Assembly: GCF_001194135.2 (NCBI RefSeq)
Contig: NC_068981.1
Location: 57,535,272 to 57,599,271 of the forward strand
Reading direction: 5' to 3'
Length of the DNA: 64,000 bases
Source of the DNA: Octopus bimaculoides
Taxonomy: Eukaryota
The position numbers were made by a program, and so were the translations under genes. The notes below the pieces were generated by a model that saw only the letters and a program-made list of their open reading frames with translations, ran no database searches and was not told the DNA's origin. Positions 48,601 through 55,644 of this stretch are shown one piece after another (position 1 is the stretch's first letter; each line of letters opens with the position of its first letter).

Positions 48601-51600
48601 TTGACCCCAGTGCTCAACTGGTACTTATTTTATCAACCCCGAAAGGATGAAAGGCAAAGTCGACCTCAGCGGAATTTGAGCTCAGATCATAAAGACAGAC
48701 AAAATACCACTAAGCATTTTGCCCAGCATGCTAATGATTTTGCCAGCTTGCCTCCGATTATAATAATGGTTTCAAATTTTGCACAAAGCCAACAATTTCA
48801 GAGGTGGGGATGAAACAATTACATCAACCACAATATTTAACTAGTATTTATTTTATTGACCCTGAAAGGGTCAATAAAATAAATTCAGCAGAAATGCTGC
48901 TAAGCATTTTTTTAGGTGTTTTAACAATTCTGCCAACTTACTAGCTTAACAATGCTAATAATAAAAACAATATTATTATTTTATTATGTCTGGGGAGAGT
49001 CATTCTGTTTTAATGCCTCATTAATTAACACACTCTCTGGTTCGATTTCTGCTCATTTGCTTATTTATTTTTCCTAAAATTTTCATTGCTTCTTGCAATA
49101 TTATTATTATTATTATTATCTATATATTAATACATTAAGGCTGAACACATGACACTGTAATTATAATAATTTCTATATCTAATTTTTAAAATATCTTTAA
49201 ATTATGAAAGAAAAAGAAGATAAATAAATTTAAAAAATTATTACTTGGGTAATGATTGGTAATCAATTTCAACTTTAGATACATTCCACCAAAGACATCT
49301 TTCCAGAATCAGAAAATTCATCTGAAAATAAAGTAAAAAGTTACTTAAGAGTGAGTTAATTCATTGAAATTCCACAATTCAAAGCACTTAAAGAAATATT
49401 TGAAAGTGGTAAAAGTAGGATAGGCCCATCAATGTACTGCTGGGCATATCTCTGTTTATGCTTGAAAATCTATGTGGGTAATACTGGCTCATTAATATTC
49501 GTGTATTAAGACTTATTTTTCAATTTTTCCAGCTAAGTGGACTGCAGCAACATGAAGTAAAATGTCTTTTTATTTCATTTTATTTCATACAAGGAGACAA
49601 GGCACTTGGACTAGGAATCGAATTCATAACCTTAGGATCAAGAGCAGGGTTGCTTAACGACTAGGCCAAGCACATTCTTGAAGAAATATTAATGTGGCTG
49701 TGTGGTAAGAAGGTGCAGGCATGGCTGTGTAGTAAGAAGCTTGCTTCCCAACCACATGGTTCCAGGTTCAGTCCCATCATGTGGCACCTTAGGCAAGTGT
49801 CTTCTACTATAGTCTCGCGCTGACCAAAGCTTTGTCAGTGGATTTGGCAGAGAGAAACTGAAAGAAGCTTCATGTATATATGTATGTGTGATCTTGTGTC
49901 TGTCCCCCACCACTGCATGACAACCAGTGTTTGGGTGTTTACATCCCAATAACTTAAAAGGTTTGTTAAGAGACCAATAGAATAAGTATGCAGCTAAAAA
50001 TATAAGACCAGGGGTCAATTAGTTCAACTAAAACCCTTCAAGGTGGTGCCCCAGCATGGCCACCATCAAATGATTGAGACAAGTAAAAGATAAAAGATTT
50101 GTGTACAATACTCTCATTAAACTAATTAATACATCAGGTTACATAACACGTGAAGAAAACAGTAACAAATTTAAATATGTCACGCGTAATACTAGCAGAA
50201 CACGTGGGAAGAACTTAGAACCAAGAGAAAATAAATAATAATAGAAAAAAAAAAATGCCCCAAATAAATATAAATCCTACACACCTGCTAATTTATATTT
50301 ATGCAATGGGTGTATACATTCTATTCATCTCTCTCTGACTCATTCATACATGCATGCACACACACTCTCTCTCTCTCTCTCTCACACACATACACATACT
50401 CACATAAAGAGTTAGATATGTATAAAGATATCTTTTATGTATTATGTTTTACTTGTTTCACTCATTAGACTGTGGAATCGCCTTGAAACATTTTAGTCAA
50501 ATGAATCAACCCTAGTATTTATTATTTTTCTTATTTCTTTACTGCCCACAAGGAGCTACACACAGAGGGGACAAACAAGGACAGACAAAGGGATTAAGTC
50601 GATTATATCGACTCCAGTGCGTAACTGGTACTTATTTAATCGACCCCGGAAGGATGAAAGGCAAAGTCGACCTCGGCGGAATTTGAACTCAGAACGTAGC
50701 GGCAGACGAAATACTGCTAAGCATTTCGCTTGGCGTGCTAACGTTTCTGCCAGCTTGTCTCCTTTATTATTTTAGTATTTATTATTTTTCTGTAAAGCCC
50801 AGTACTTATTCAATTGATCTCTTTTGCTGAACCACTAAGTTACGGGGATGTAAACACGCCATCATCTGTTGTCAAGTAGTGGTGAGGCTCAAACACGGAC
50901 ACAAAGAAATGCACACAAACACACACACACAGACATACAGACACACACACTCAAACACACACATATCTACAATAGGTTTCTTTCAATTTCTGTTTACCAA
51001 ATCCACTTACAAGGCTTAGGTTGGCCTGAGGCTACAGTAGAAGACACTTGCCCAAGGTACCATGCAGCGGGACTGAACCCAGAACCATGAGATTGGGAAG
51101 CAAGCTTCTTAAAACACAGCCATGCCTGCACCTATGTTTATGTATATATAGAGAGATATGTATGAATGCAGGCATGACTGTGTGGTCTAGTACCTTGTTC
51201 AATTCTACTGTATAGCATCTTGGGCAAGAGTATTCTACCATAATATCATAATTACAGATTAACAGTGGAATTTAGAAGACAGAAACTTCGTGGAAACCTA
51301 TTGTATATTATGTGAGTGTATATGTGCATGAATGCGTGAACATATATGCATGTTTGTGTGCATTTATGTATGTATGCATGCATGCATATGTGCACATTTG
51401 GGTTTTTTTCTCTTCTTTAATTAGAGTTAATTTTGACCAGCTACATTTTTAGTAGGAATGTTGTGAAGAAAAGCATCTTGTTTTGTTTATTATCCTTACA
51501 AATTATTATTGTTCCAGATATCACAATCTCTTTCACTCTCCCCATACGTTTCCACTTCATTTCCTATACTTTCAGAAGAAGTACTGTCATCCAAAACTCA

Positions 51601-52470
51601 AAAACACTCTTTCTAAATACACTATAACAGCACAATAAAATGAGAAAACACAGTTTATTCAACCCAACTACAAACAACTAGAAACAACAAAATTAATAAA
51701 AGTAAATCAAGAGTTAAGGTAAAAGGCTTCCTCAAGGATTCAAAAGCCTAACTTCAAATCCCTGTGTACTGACACATTACACACTTTGATACTATGTGTT
51801 GATGTCAGCCTAGAATTGACCAATTAGAAATTTCACAATTCAAAGCATTTAAAGAAATATTTGAAAGTGGTAATAGTAGGATAGGCCCAACAGTGTACTG
51901 CTGGGCATATCTCTGTTTATGCTTGAAAGTTTATGGGGGTATCACTGGTTTATTAACATTCATGTATTAACTTGACATTGACCAGGTGCTCTATCAAGAC
52001 TTCTTTATCAATTTTTCCAGCTAAGTGGACTGCAGCAGCATGAAGTAAAATATCTCTTTACTTCATACAAGGAGACAGGGCACTTAAGATCAAGAGCGGG
52101 CTTGCATAATAACTAGGCCATGCACTTTCTTAAAGAAATATTAACATGATTTTAAATAAAAAAAACAAAAATATTTTTGTGCATGCAGGGCTGTGTGGTA
52201 AGAAGCTTGCTTCATTTTCTTTCATCCATGTCTTTTTCTCATTTCTCGTTAATACACTTGTCCAGCCCTGGCTTCTTGTCATTCTATGTACAGCCCTTGT
52301 GGCTAATTTCAATGAAATAAAGAAGCTTGCTTCCCAACCATATGGATCTAGATTCAGTCTCATTGTGTGGCATCTTAGGCAAGTGTCTTCTACTATAATC
52401 TCAGGCTGACCAAAGCTTTGTCGGTGGATTTGGTAAATGAAACTGAAAGAAGCCTGTTGTATATATATAT

Positions 52471-52520
<50 letters not shown>

Positions 52521-55022
52521 CTGTCTGTCTATCTGTCCTGCACCACTCCATGACAACCAGTGTTTGGGTGTTTACATCCCCATAACTTAAAAGGTTGGTT
52601 AAAAGATACCAATAAAATAAGTATGCGGTTAAAAATATAAGACCAGGGGTCAATTAGTTCAACTAAAACCCTTCAAGGTGGTGCCCCAGAATGGCCACCG
52701 TCAAATGATTGAGACAAGTAAAAGACAAAAGATTTGTGTACAATACTCTCATTAAACTAATTAATACATCAGGTTACATACCACGTGAAGAAAATAGTAA
52801 CAAATTTAAATATGTCACGCGTAATACTAGCAGAACACGTGGGAAGAACTTAAGACCAAGAGAAAATAAATAATAATAGAAAAAAAAAAATGCCCAAAAT
52901 AAATATAAATCCTACACACCTGCTAAATTTATATTTATGTAATGGGTGTATACATTCTATTCATCTCTCTCTAACTCATGCATACATGCATGCACACTCA
53001 CACAGACACAGACACATTCTCTCTCTCTCTCTCTCTCTCTTTCTCCCTCTCTCTCACATACACACACTAGAGAGAATTAGATATGTATAAAGATATCATT
53101 CGTGTATTATGTTTTACATGTGACAGTTATTAGAATGCAGCCAAATTGGTGCACCGCCTTAAAGAATTTTATTATTTTTCTGTAAAGCCCAGTGGTTATT
53201 CAATTGGTCTCTTTTGCCAAACCATTAAGTTACAGAGACATAAACACACCAACACCAGTTGTCAAATGGGAGTGAGGGAAAAACACAGACACAAAGAAAC
53301 ACACACACACACATACAATCAAATACACAAAGCTGCAGTAGGCTTCTTTTAGTTTCTGCTTACCAAATCTGCTTACAAGATGCTTACCCAAGGTGTCATG
53401 CAGTGAGACTGAACCTTGAACCATGAGGTTGGGAAGCAAACTTCTTACCACACGGCCATGCCTGCACCTATGTTTATGTATATATATATATAGAGAGATA
53501 TGTATGAATGTAGGCATGACTGTGTGGTCTAGTAGCTTGTTCAATTCTACTGTATAGCATCTTGGGCAAGTGTTTTCTATCATAATTAAAGATTAATTCT
53601 GGAATTTAGAAGACAGAAACTTTATGGAAACCTATAGTATATCCATCCATCCATCCATCCATCCATCCATGCATGCATGCATGTATGTATGTATGTATGT
53701 ATGTATGTATGTATGTATACACACACACACACACATACACACACACATTCAGTGTTTGCACATGAACATATGTGTGAGTCTATGCATGCAAACTCTTAAT
53801 GATAACCCAGTAATTTATTAAGATATTTATAAGACATGATTTTTATCTAACTATAAAAGAGGCAAAGTGGCCAATTAAATAAGATATTAGATTATAAATG
53901 AGTATTTAGTTCAAGTCTATTATAGTGTTTTGTTTTGTTTCTAGTAGACCACATTATACTGCATTGCATCAGGAATGGTTACTAAATTAAAGGGAATTTT
54001 CTCTTTGAGCCACTTCAAACTAAGAGCCAAGTTCTGGTGACCTAAGGTATATTTAACTGGCACTCCAATGAACTGGAGCAACATGAAATAAAGTGACTTG
54101 CTCAAGAACATAACATGCAATCAGGAATCAAACTGATGACCTTACGATTATGAACTGAATACCCTAACCATGATCGTGAGCCACACACCTTCACAAGATA
54201 TATTTACACTGGGTTCTAAATACCTGTTGTAGTTGATAATCTTTGATCCTTGATGTCATTAAAACACAAATGTTCTCAATCACACAGTTCTGCAGGTGCT
54301 GCTTTATTACCAGATCTGAAAGGTGTTAAAAAACATAGCAACAATTATATTTAAAGAGATTACATTGCAAAAACCATTTTTCGTCGAAATATCTTTTTAT
54401 CTAAATTTTTCCATTTCATAAATTAAACAACTAAAACTTCATTAATTGATCATTTTCTATTTTATACTTTGGTCTGAAAGTAGAAGCTGTACCAAAATCC
54501 TTTGCTGGCCTTTCTAAAAGCAGAAAGACCAATGTGATTGATGTTCTTTTTAAACAATAGCAAAATGAAAAATGCAATAAAATATGGATAGGGAGGGATT
54601 TCTGAAGAGCTGACATTTAGGGGAGAAAAACATTTGAGCATGATAATTTTTGTAGGTGGAGAGGGAAATAGACAAAATACAGGCAAGCAGAGGAAAAGGG
54701 CCAATTGAATCAAGCAGATGGCAAAAGACTGATCAGCTCCCAGTAGAGAAGGCCACCATAATAGTAGTATTAAAGACAGTGTGAAGGGACATGTTATCGA
54801 ATTAGAGGCTGGGGTGTGTTAAGTGACTTCAAGTCAGCCTTCTTTTGGAAGTGGTTAAAAGTGACCATATGTGTAGCAGCAGCACTGTCCCAATTAAGAT
54901 AGCATTGATAAAATAGATTAGAATATTTAAATTGGATGGTAACACAAGAAAAGACAATCAGGATGCAACAAGAAAGAATAACAAGTGATCCCAAAAACAC
55001 ACACGCATGCGTGTGCACATAT

Positions 55023-55053
<31 letters not shown>

Positions 55054-55644
55054 CATGCACATGCATGTATGTATGTCACCTTGATGTTTCCTGCTAACAT
55101 TCATACTCAGTGCCTGAGATAAACATGGTAATATGATAATTTCATAGCTTGGCTAGCATGACATTGACACAGTTTGATAAAATCTGTTTAGTAGTGGTGC
55201 ATTTATTGTAACAATAATGCAGTATTATCATAGGTTTACCATAACATACCCTGACATAAGAACATTGTTGACATTTGAGTGAAATGAAGCTAATAAAATT
55301 CAACATTAGAAGATACATAATTTAATACCTTCTTTCACAATGTATATAATTACTTCACTCATACTAATAAAGAGAAATTATGTAATTACATCACTTACCA
55401 TTTGTCTTCAATTGCTCTTTGAATAAATTCAATAAAGCCTGTAAAATAATTTTAACAGAGAAATAGGGTTCATCTTGTTCCAACTGAGACAGACTCACAA
55501 TTGCTGCTTGACATGTTTCCACAATGGTTTTCTCTGTACTATTTTTGTCCAACAAACAACTGCTGACATCACTGATGCTTACATGGCTAGGGAGGAAAAT
55601 CTCCCTAGGCTCGCAGTGTACAATCATTCTAAGGCATTTAGTAC
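29..55644 (-). CDS. LRRK2: LRRK2-like Roco kinase gene, partial (ARM-ANK-LRR-Roc N-term), 33 exons in window
   Basis: Manual splicing gives a continuous frame of about 1320 aa with GT-AG introns and matching phases. It contains MKMMVMGYGGHGKTTL (human MKLMIVGNTGSGKTTL), TATVGI, KIWEMPLDGL (human KIWDLPLDEL), ECLLSLGADVN (human ECLLLLGADAN) and FIDNP (human FIGNP). Confidence 0.95.
1016..1111 (-). CDS. LRRK2: exon 32 (LRR-Roc linker), phase 0/0
   Basis: ctcttcag / GTATGT; MPLDGLEISLSNTLMKGRVRDIILDLSYRLKN. Confidence 0.95.
1299..1490. mobile_element. Tc1/mariner-type MITE
   Basis: TIRs CAGAGTGCTCATAAATTATCTTTACAACTTT and CAGGGTGCCCATAAATTACCTTTTCAACTTT; TA flank on right, TG on left. Confidence 0.75.
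2365..2475 (-). CDS. LRRK2: exon 31 (last LRR), phase 0/0
   Basis: ttatttag / GTATGG; LPRQIGYLESLRSLNFSYNKGITCLPDELGACDKIWE. Confidence 0.95.
2908..3312 (-). mobile_element. RTE LINE 3' end
   Basis: KWDGVVRKDLQMLGLTVKTTRDWELWQF then a 3' UTR ending in CCATGCCAGCATGGAA...(GAT)n. Confidence 0.75.
3583..3657 (-). CDS. LRRK2: exon 30 (LRR), phase 0/0
   Basis: tatatag / GTATGT; LDLSKGAKNWSNLEVLDISHNFLSN (human LDLSEKAYLWSRVEKLHLSHNKLKE). Confidence 0.93.
4030..4150. repeat. (GA)n microsatellite (with 10-N gap)
   Basis: Direct reading; many other (CA), (CT), (TA), (TATG), (ATCT) tracts, e.g. 4527-4620, 7602-7650, 10328-10436, 41969-42015, 53640-53730. Confidence 0.95.
4700..4890 (+). mobile_element. 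Short element carrying the RTE terminal module (SINE-like)
   Basis: Ends in AACCCATGCCAGCATGGAAGACAGATGTTAAATGA but lacks RTE ORF sequence upstream. Confidence 0.55.
5250..5361 (-). CDS. LRRK2: exon 29 (LRR), phase 2/0
   Basis: ttttttag / GTAAGT; LVCLDLRFNSLTNICPPAMWACEELKKLYISDNLIYD. Confidence 0.93.
6699..7490 (+). mobile_element. RTE-clade LINE 3' fragment (decayed)
   Basis: MLHGSETWAVT...RLERNETSML.WMC...QERRLHLYGHVM...RKTWNEVVKHDL; 3' UTR has 3x 42-bp repeats at about 7183-7300. Confidence 0.85.
7944..8067 (-). CDS. LRRK2: exon 28 (LRR), phase 1/2
   Basis: ctttacag / GTAAAA; KLPSEKILNELPMLHSLHLNHNNLGTKEPWYLPKFILKLR(S). Confidence 0.92.
9844..9995 (-). CDS. LRRK2: exon 27 (LRR), phase 2/1
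   Basis: ttcttttag / GTGGGT; MKMTVIENKPLQLRRLLKLNLSGNQITTVPELFFIGCNKLTIFKMNENNL(E). Confidence 0.93.
10767..11152 (-). mobile_element. RTE-type 3' UTR fragment
   Basis: Shared RTE terminal module plus about six ~24-bp GTGCCA/TGGCAC units and a (GAT)n tail. Confidence 0.7.
11408..11553 (-). CDS. LRRK2: exon 26 (LRR), phase 0/2
   Basis: acacag / GTAAGA; IEDFEVISCAASPVLFSLKKLNLSGNTLKQFPSWLTEHFPGLEYLYLK(N). Confidence 0.95.
11717..11827 (-). CDS. LRRK2: exon 25 (LRR), phase 0/0
   Basis: ttactttag / GTGTGG; FLPELKELDMSNNNLQKFPTAVLNCSHLETLKIKHNK. Confidence 0.95.
11921..12310 (+). mobile_element. R4/Dong-clade LINE, 5'-truncated 3' end, family A
   Basis: LLIDVSIPADDNVSLKEMEKLSKYKDLEIEI...KIALLGTAHILRKTLSIQ* is a restriction-like endonuclease C-terminus, followed by a 3' UTR and (TAA)n tail. 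Confidence 0.85.
12311..12646 (+). mobile_element. R4/Dong-clade LINE 3' end, diverged family B
   Basis: KFEIRRIWSM(fs)VKVVPIIICALETVSQDIDKWMKEIEIECPVELLQKVCLLGTTRIIRRVLSS*, a different 3' UTR and a (TAA)n tail. Confidence 0.8.
12647..13680 (+). mobile_element. R4/Dong-clade LINE, longer family A copy (contains N gap)
   Basis: WQEKPLHGKY...LKAETEGFLIAAQDQSLPTRNY...CRICG (CCHC knuckle start); 13309-13658 differs from the 11946-12295 copy at 4 positions including CGA to TGA; (TAA)n tail. Confidence 0.88.
12973..13308. other. Assembly gap (others: 4096-4105, 22774-23080, 42857-42914, 59412-59760, 62426-62852)
   Basis: Runs of N. Confidence 1.
14225..14451 (-). CDS. LRRK2: exon 24 (linker end, first LRRs), phase 1/0
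   Basis: tttttcag / GTAAGA; FYRRKSPSL...HFTLNLADNNISD...LQKLNISNNQLDTISEDFFN. Confidence 0.9.
15013..15136 (-). CDS. LRRK2: exon 23 (linker), phase 0/1
   Basis: cattatag / GTATGT; DKNLTFSILEGKKFKFYNISPAKEREFHSDEECSNSDDFQK(T). Confidence 0.78.
15441..15517 (-). CDS. LRRK2: exon 22 (linker), phase 1/0
   Basis: ttttaacag / GTAGGA; TSQPEIGCLAPEDAAIYCDIQLKSK. Confidence 0.75.
16366..16596 (-). mobile_element. R4/Dong family B 3' fragment
   Basis: Reverse complement resembles 12400-12607, including the CCTAAGGTTACAGGTAGTAACC motif, with a (TAA)n tail at 16366-16388. Confidence 0.75.
17158..17313 (-). CDS. LRRK2: exon 21 (linker), phase 1/1
   Basis: tttgtag / GTAAGC; DESNGSDIHFIEWKRTTLSGSMSPFHINDPRVDTVGYCRGKSSLYLSQLSH(D). 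Confidence 0.8.
17478..18005 (+). mobile_element. Mariner relic: left end and transposase start, then an inverted transposase segment
   Basis: TIR-like GTGGTCTGATCAATAAGTATCCGGACT; MAEKVEQRICIKFCQKLGDTCSEAY at 17674; minus strand 17773-18005 encodes RITICELSEDMQISNGSV.SIITEDLGMRCVSAKFVPKLL. Confidence 0.85.
18170..18428 (-). mobile_element. Decayed RTE ORF C-terminus
   Basis: Reverse complement encodes RCSVQER...KTWDEVLK with stops and frameshifts. Confidence 0.65.
18430..18530 (+). mobile_element. Second copy of the mariner left end
   Basis: Collinear with 17483-17575 (ATAGTAACAAAGCTAAAA...AAGCTGCTTGGCA...GACCTTGAACTCTG). Confidence 0.8.
19848..19970 (-). CDS. LRRK2: exon 20 (Ser-rich linker), phase 1/1
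   Basis: tgtttcag / GTAAGT; KGKRLARKIQSIHKSGKNPSYSTYNRYFSHDSGSSYSSSS(S). Confidence 0.8.
21084..21185 (-). CDS. LRRK2: exon 19, phase 1/1
   Basis: cttttcag / GTAAAA; GAILWNGLGLGSFNFDWLIPTFVGDHYIKHPSA(G) (cf. human ICLGGFCIGKVEPSWLGPLF). Confidence 0.9.
21414..21513 (-). CDS. LRRK2: exon 18 (ankyrin), phase 0/1
   Basis: tttttcag / GTAAGT; PVSDILTPLKVAIENKYHTIVGILLLYIGQKEQ(D). Confidence 0.9.
21563..21622. repeat. 21-bp tandem repeat x3
   Basis: AATTATGTTTTAAAGCACAAG twice plus a variant. Confidence 0.9.
21971..22090 (-). CDS. LRRK2: exon 17 (ankyrin), phase 0/0
   Basis: tttttcag / weak GTGCAC; EAECLLSLGADVNFKHKAYTPLLHACGNGDEHIVRLILEK. Confidence 0.9.
23236..23383. repeat. 148-bp spacerless imperfect palindrome
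   Basis: Arms pair from ACATGTAAGG to CCTTACATGT around central ATATATAT, with about 7 mismatches and a 2-nt indel. Confidence 0.92.
23490..24782 (-). mobile_element. Penelope-like element: GIY-YIG endonuclease C-term with inverted terminal arrangement
   Basis: 24782-24570 encodes FRTCFNNHKSPFNSSERCNTTTLTKNIWTLKESTTEYSIEQRILERCKPY...NKESYLI; 23490-24120 is an inverted copy of 24150-24605. Confidence 0.72.
24783..25875 (+). mobile_element. RTE LINE, 5'-truncated, with full 3' UTR
   Basis: HGSETWAMTAEDMRKLARNE...QERRLHWYGHVVR...GRGRPRK.WDEVVKHDLRTLGLTEAM; 2x ~97-bp repeat in the UTR; (GAT)n tail. Confidence 0.9.
26123..26220 (-). CDS. LRRK2: exon 16 (ARM-ANK hinge), phase 1/0
   Basis: gttttcag / GTAAGT; LFDSACRCLKSLCNGINKSVMLIYACAEGRYI. 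Confidence 0.9.
26745..26990 (+). mobile_element. tRNA-derived SINE with clear Pol III boxes
   Basis: A box TGGCCTAGTGG 26748-26758, B box GGTTCGATTCT 26793-26803; related minus copies near 49540-49670, 52020-52125 and 54060-54190. Confidence 0.7.
28295..28415 (-). CDS. LRRK2: exon 15 (ARM end), phase 0/1
   Basis: tttttcag / GTAAAA; CCILILLHQNLEAYPDKHIFINQKCQTPIFSNALHSSPNS(E). Confidence 0.85.
29021..29157 (-). CDS. LRRK2: exon 14 (ARM), phase 1/0
   Basis: tttttcag / GTAATT; IQRKALYLLQLVLSKDLSSQLYVKMAKVIINLMYTYPLVSSIQIE. Confidence 0.9.
29963..30160 (+). mobile_element. SINE family B
   Basis: GGCGGCAGGCTGGCAGAATCATTAGC...GAGTTCAAATGCC; older minus copies at about 14661-14828, 26533-26711, 28606-28800, 37676-37850, 48544-48755, 48770-48950. 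Confidence 0.85.
30451..30531 (-). CDS. LRRK2: exon 13 (ARM), phase 1/1
   Basis: ttctttag / GTAAGT; GVLLQLQQEGIVKLFIDIMARFTENL(C). Confidence 0.9.
31800..32300 (-). mobile_element. Second RTE-type LINE family, 3' fragment
   Basis: QVKRWKLARYWHISHHNLLPKTILQDTVEG..KIGRHRKSWFDSIKDWTG resembles the RTE VKRRKLxWFGH...GRxRKxW motif. Confidence 0.75.
32465..32601 (-). CDS. LRRK2: exon 12 (ARM), phase 2/1
   Basis: tatttcag / GTATGT; PYNERLQITQYICIKELFENLFTSFIDNPAILMEAMCVLANLLEC(N). Confidence 0.9.
32746..33455. repeat. Tandem duplication of about 280-370 bp with a partial middle unit
   Basis: CATTATAGGTATTTATACTC and TTCATATGAAAAAGAAAGTGAACAAA...GACCACTTGCTTATTGG each occur twice. Confidence 0.9.
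33490..33615 (+). mobile_element. 3' end of another Helentron-type element
   Basis: GAAAATCCATTCAGC...ACAGACAAA...ATTACAATACCCTG-loop-CAGGGTAAT terminal stem-loop. Confidence 0.5.
34120..34610 (+). mobile_element. Decayed Penelope-like RT N-terminal fragment
   Basis: EEAVILSKCPKFDIA and NKNCMYLPSDRGG...KAALSYLL resemble PLE LSKGPKF and LPxDKG motifs; many stops and frameshifts. Confidence 0.5.
35350..35479 (-). CDS. LRRK2: exon 11 (ARM), phase 1/2
   Basis: ttaccag / GTATGT; QVSDLFMLKNTYQQILEIMQNHQSNAAVVLSGCRALRALCLF(R). Confidence 0.92.
36952..37058 (-). CDS. LRRK2: exon 10 (ARM), phase 2/1
   Basis: ctttacag / GTAAGA; YPVHTLCLGTILQQNEDSNIYVTACEAIYWLAAGN(Y). Confidence 0.9.
37950..38035 (-). 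CDS. LRRK2: exon 9 (ARM), phase 0/2
   Basis: gatacag / GTAAGT; IIGYKTVVEILKNYPEFIDSVGEDSTKN(Q). Confidence 0.85.
39109..39197 (-). CDS. LRRK2: exon 8 (ARM), phase 1/0
   Basis: tttgttag / GTGAGA; SFHCVDQIEKWIFPIYNSLFKHMVSSKVQ (cf. human WLEACYKALTWHRKNKHVQ). Confidence 0.9.
40089..40208 (-). CDS. LRRK2: exon 7 (ARM), phase 1/1
   Basis: atttcag / GTAAGA; VFCYLADTGFIARDLSKILRDYSENICITIEGLKLLKIA(V). Confidence 0.85.
40306..40438. repeat. 22-bp minisatellite, 6 units
   Basis: TATAACAGCCAAATCTCCGTAT-like units. Confidence 0.8.
41783..41911 (-). CDS. LRRK2: exon 6 (ARM), phase 1/1
   Basis: tttacag / GTAAGG; YLCHTLIENNIHEHLCTILCKYLKNESLLEMIMKMLVNLENK(S). Confidence 0.9.
43700..44422 (-). mobile_element. 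RTE 3' UTR copy, same subfamily as 25190-25875, inverted
   Basis: Collinear reverse complement including the ~97-bp duplication; roughly 85-90% identical by eye. Confidence 0.88.
44446..44622. mobile_element. piggyBac-like MITE
   Basis: CTCTTTAGCATT...AATGCTAAAGGG-TTAA; a right-end-only copy ends at about 26528. Confidence 0.6.
45570..45735. repeat. Compound (GTA)n/(GCA)n/(GTT)n trinucleotide tract
   Basis: Direct reading; intronic. Confidence 0.9.
47024..47149 (-). CDS. LRRK2: exon 5 (ARM), phase 1/1
   Basis: gatgcag / GTATAT; ILVNVDQKEVAELSLVLLAGFKESVDVQTAALQTLNQLFQS(E). Confidence 0.8.
48041..48129 (-). CDS. LRRK2: exon 4 (ARM), phase 2/1
   Basis: cttttctctacag / GTGAGT; LVMNTMQEHLTDEIIQASGMKLMKLFVNK(S). 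Confidence 0.85.
48160..48537 (+). mobile_element. Helentron/DINE-type non-autonomous element
   Basis: 5' subterminal ACCTCTGCC (48184-48192), (AAAC)n, 3' stem-loop TACCTCCGCC-TTCACTAA-GGCAGAGGTA; T/A-rich insertion site. Confidence 0.65.
49245..49321 (-). CDS. LRRK2: exon 3 (ARM), phase 0/2
   Basis: tattttcag / GTAATA; MNFLILERCLWWNVSKVEIDYQSLP(K); phases bridge exons 2 and 4. Confidence 0.7.
49696..50097 (+). mobile_element. SINE family A (GGCTGTGTGGTAAGAAGCTTGCTTCC...AAATGACTGAAACAAGTAAAAGA)
   Basis: tRNA-like head and conserved tail; further copies at 29608-29770(+), 42594-42812(-), 50447-51121(-), 52189-52732(+), 53112-53457(-), 63427-63665(-). Confidence 0.85.
50531..50772 (-). mobile_element. 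SINE family B, young copy with 18-bp TSD
   Basis: AGCTGGCAGAAACGTTAGCACGCC...GAGTTCAAATTCCGCCGAGGTCGAC; TSD TAGTATTTATTATTTTTC at 50513-50530 and 50773-50790. Confidence 0.9.
54224..54315 (-). CDS. LRRK2: exon 2 (ARM), phase 1/0
   Basis: cctttcag / GTATTT; (D)LVIKQHLQNCVIENICVLMTSRIKDYQLQQ. Confidence 0.75.
55399..55644 (-). CDS. LRRK2: exon 1 of window (ARM), phase 1/1
   Basis: ttcaccttcag acceptor, GTAAGT donor; TKCLRMIVHCEPREIFLPSH...LLNLFKEQLKTN. Confidence 0.75.

Larger units (their letters stand above)
49368..53642. repeat. Intronic direct duplication: about 49368-51305 and about 51828-53642
   Basis: Collinear unique and SINE sequence in both copies (e.g. GCTGGGCATATCTCTGTTTATGCTTGAAA; GGAATTTAGAAGACAGAAACTT). 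Confidence 0.92.

Noticed and set aside
51500-51621. Possible exon with GTAAGG donor between the duplicated blocks
   Set aside because: No acceptor gives an open frame, and exons 2 and 3 already join in phase.
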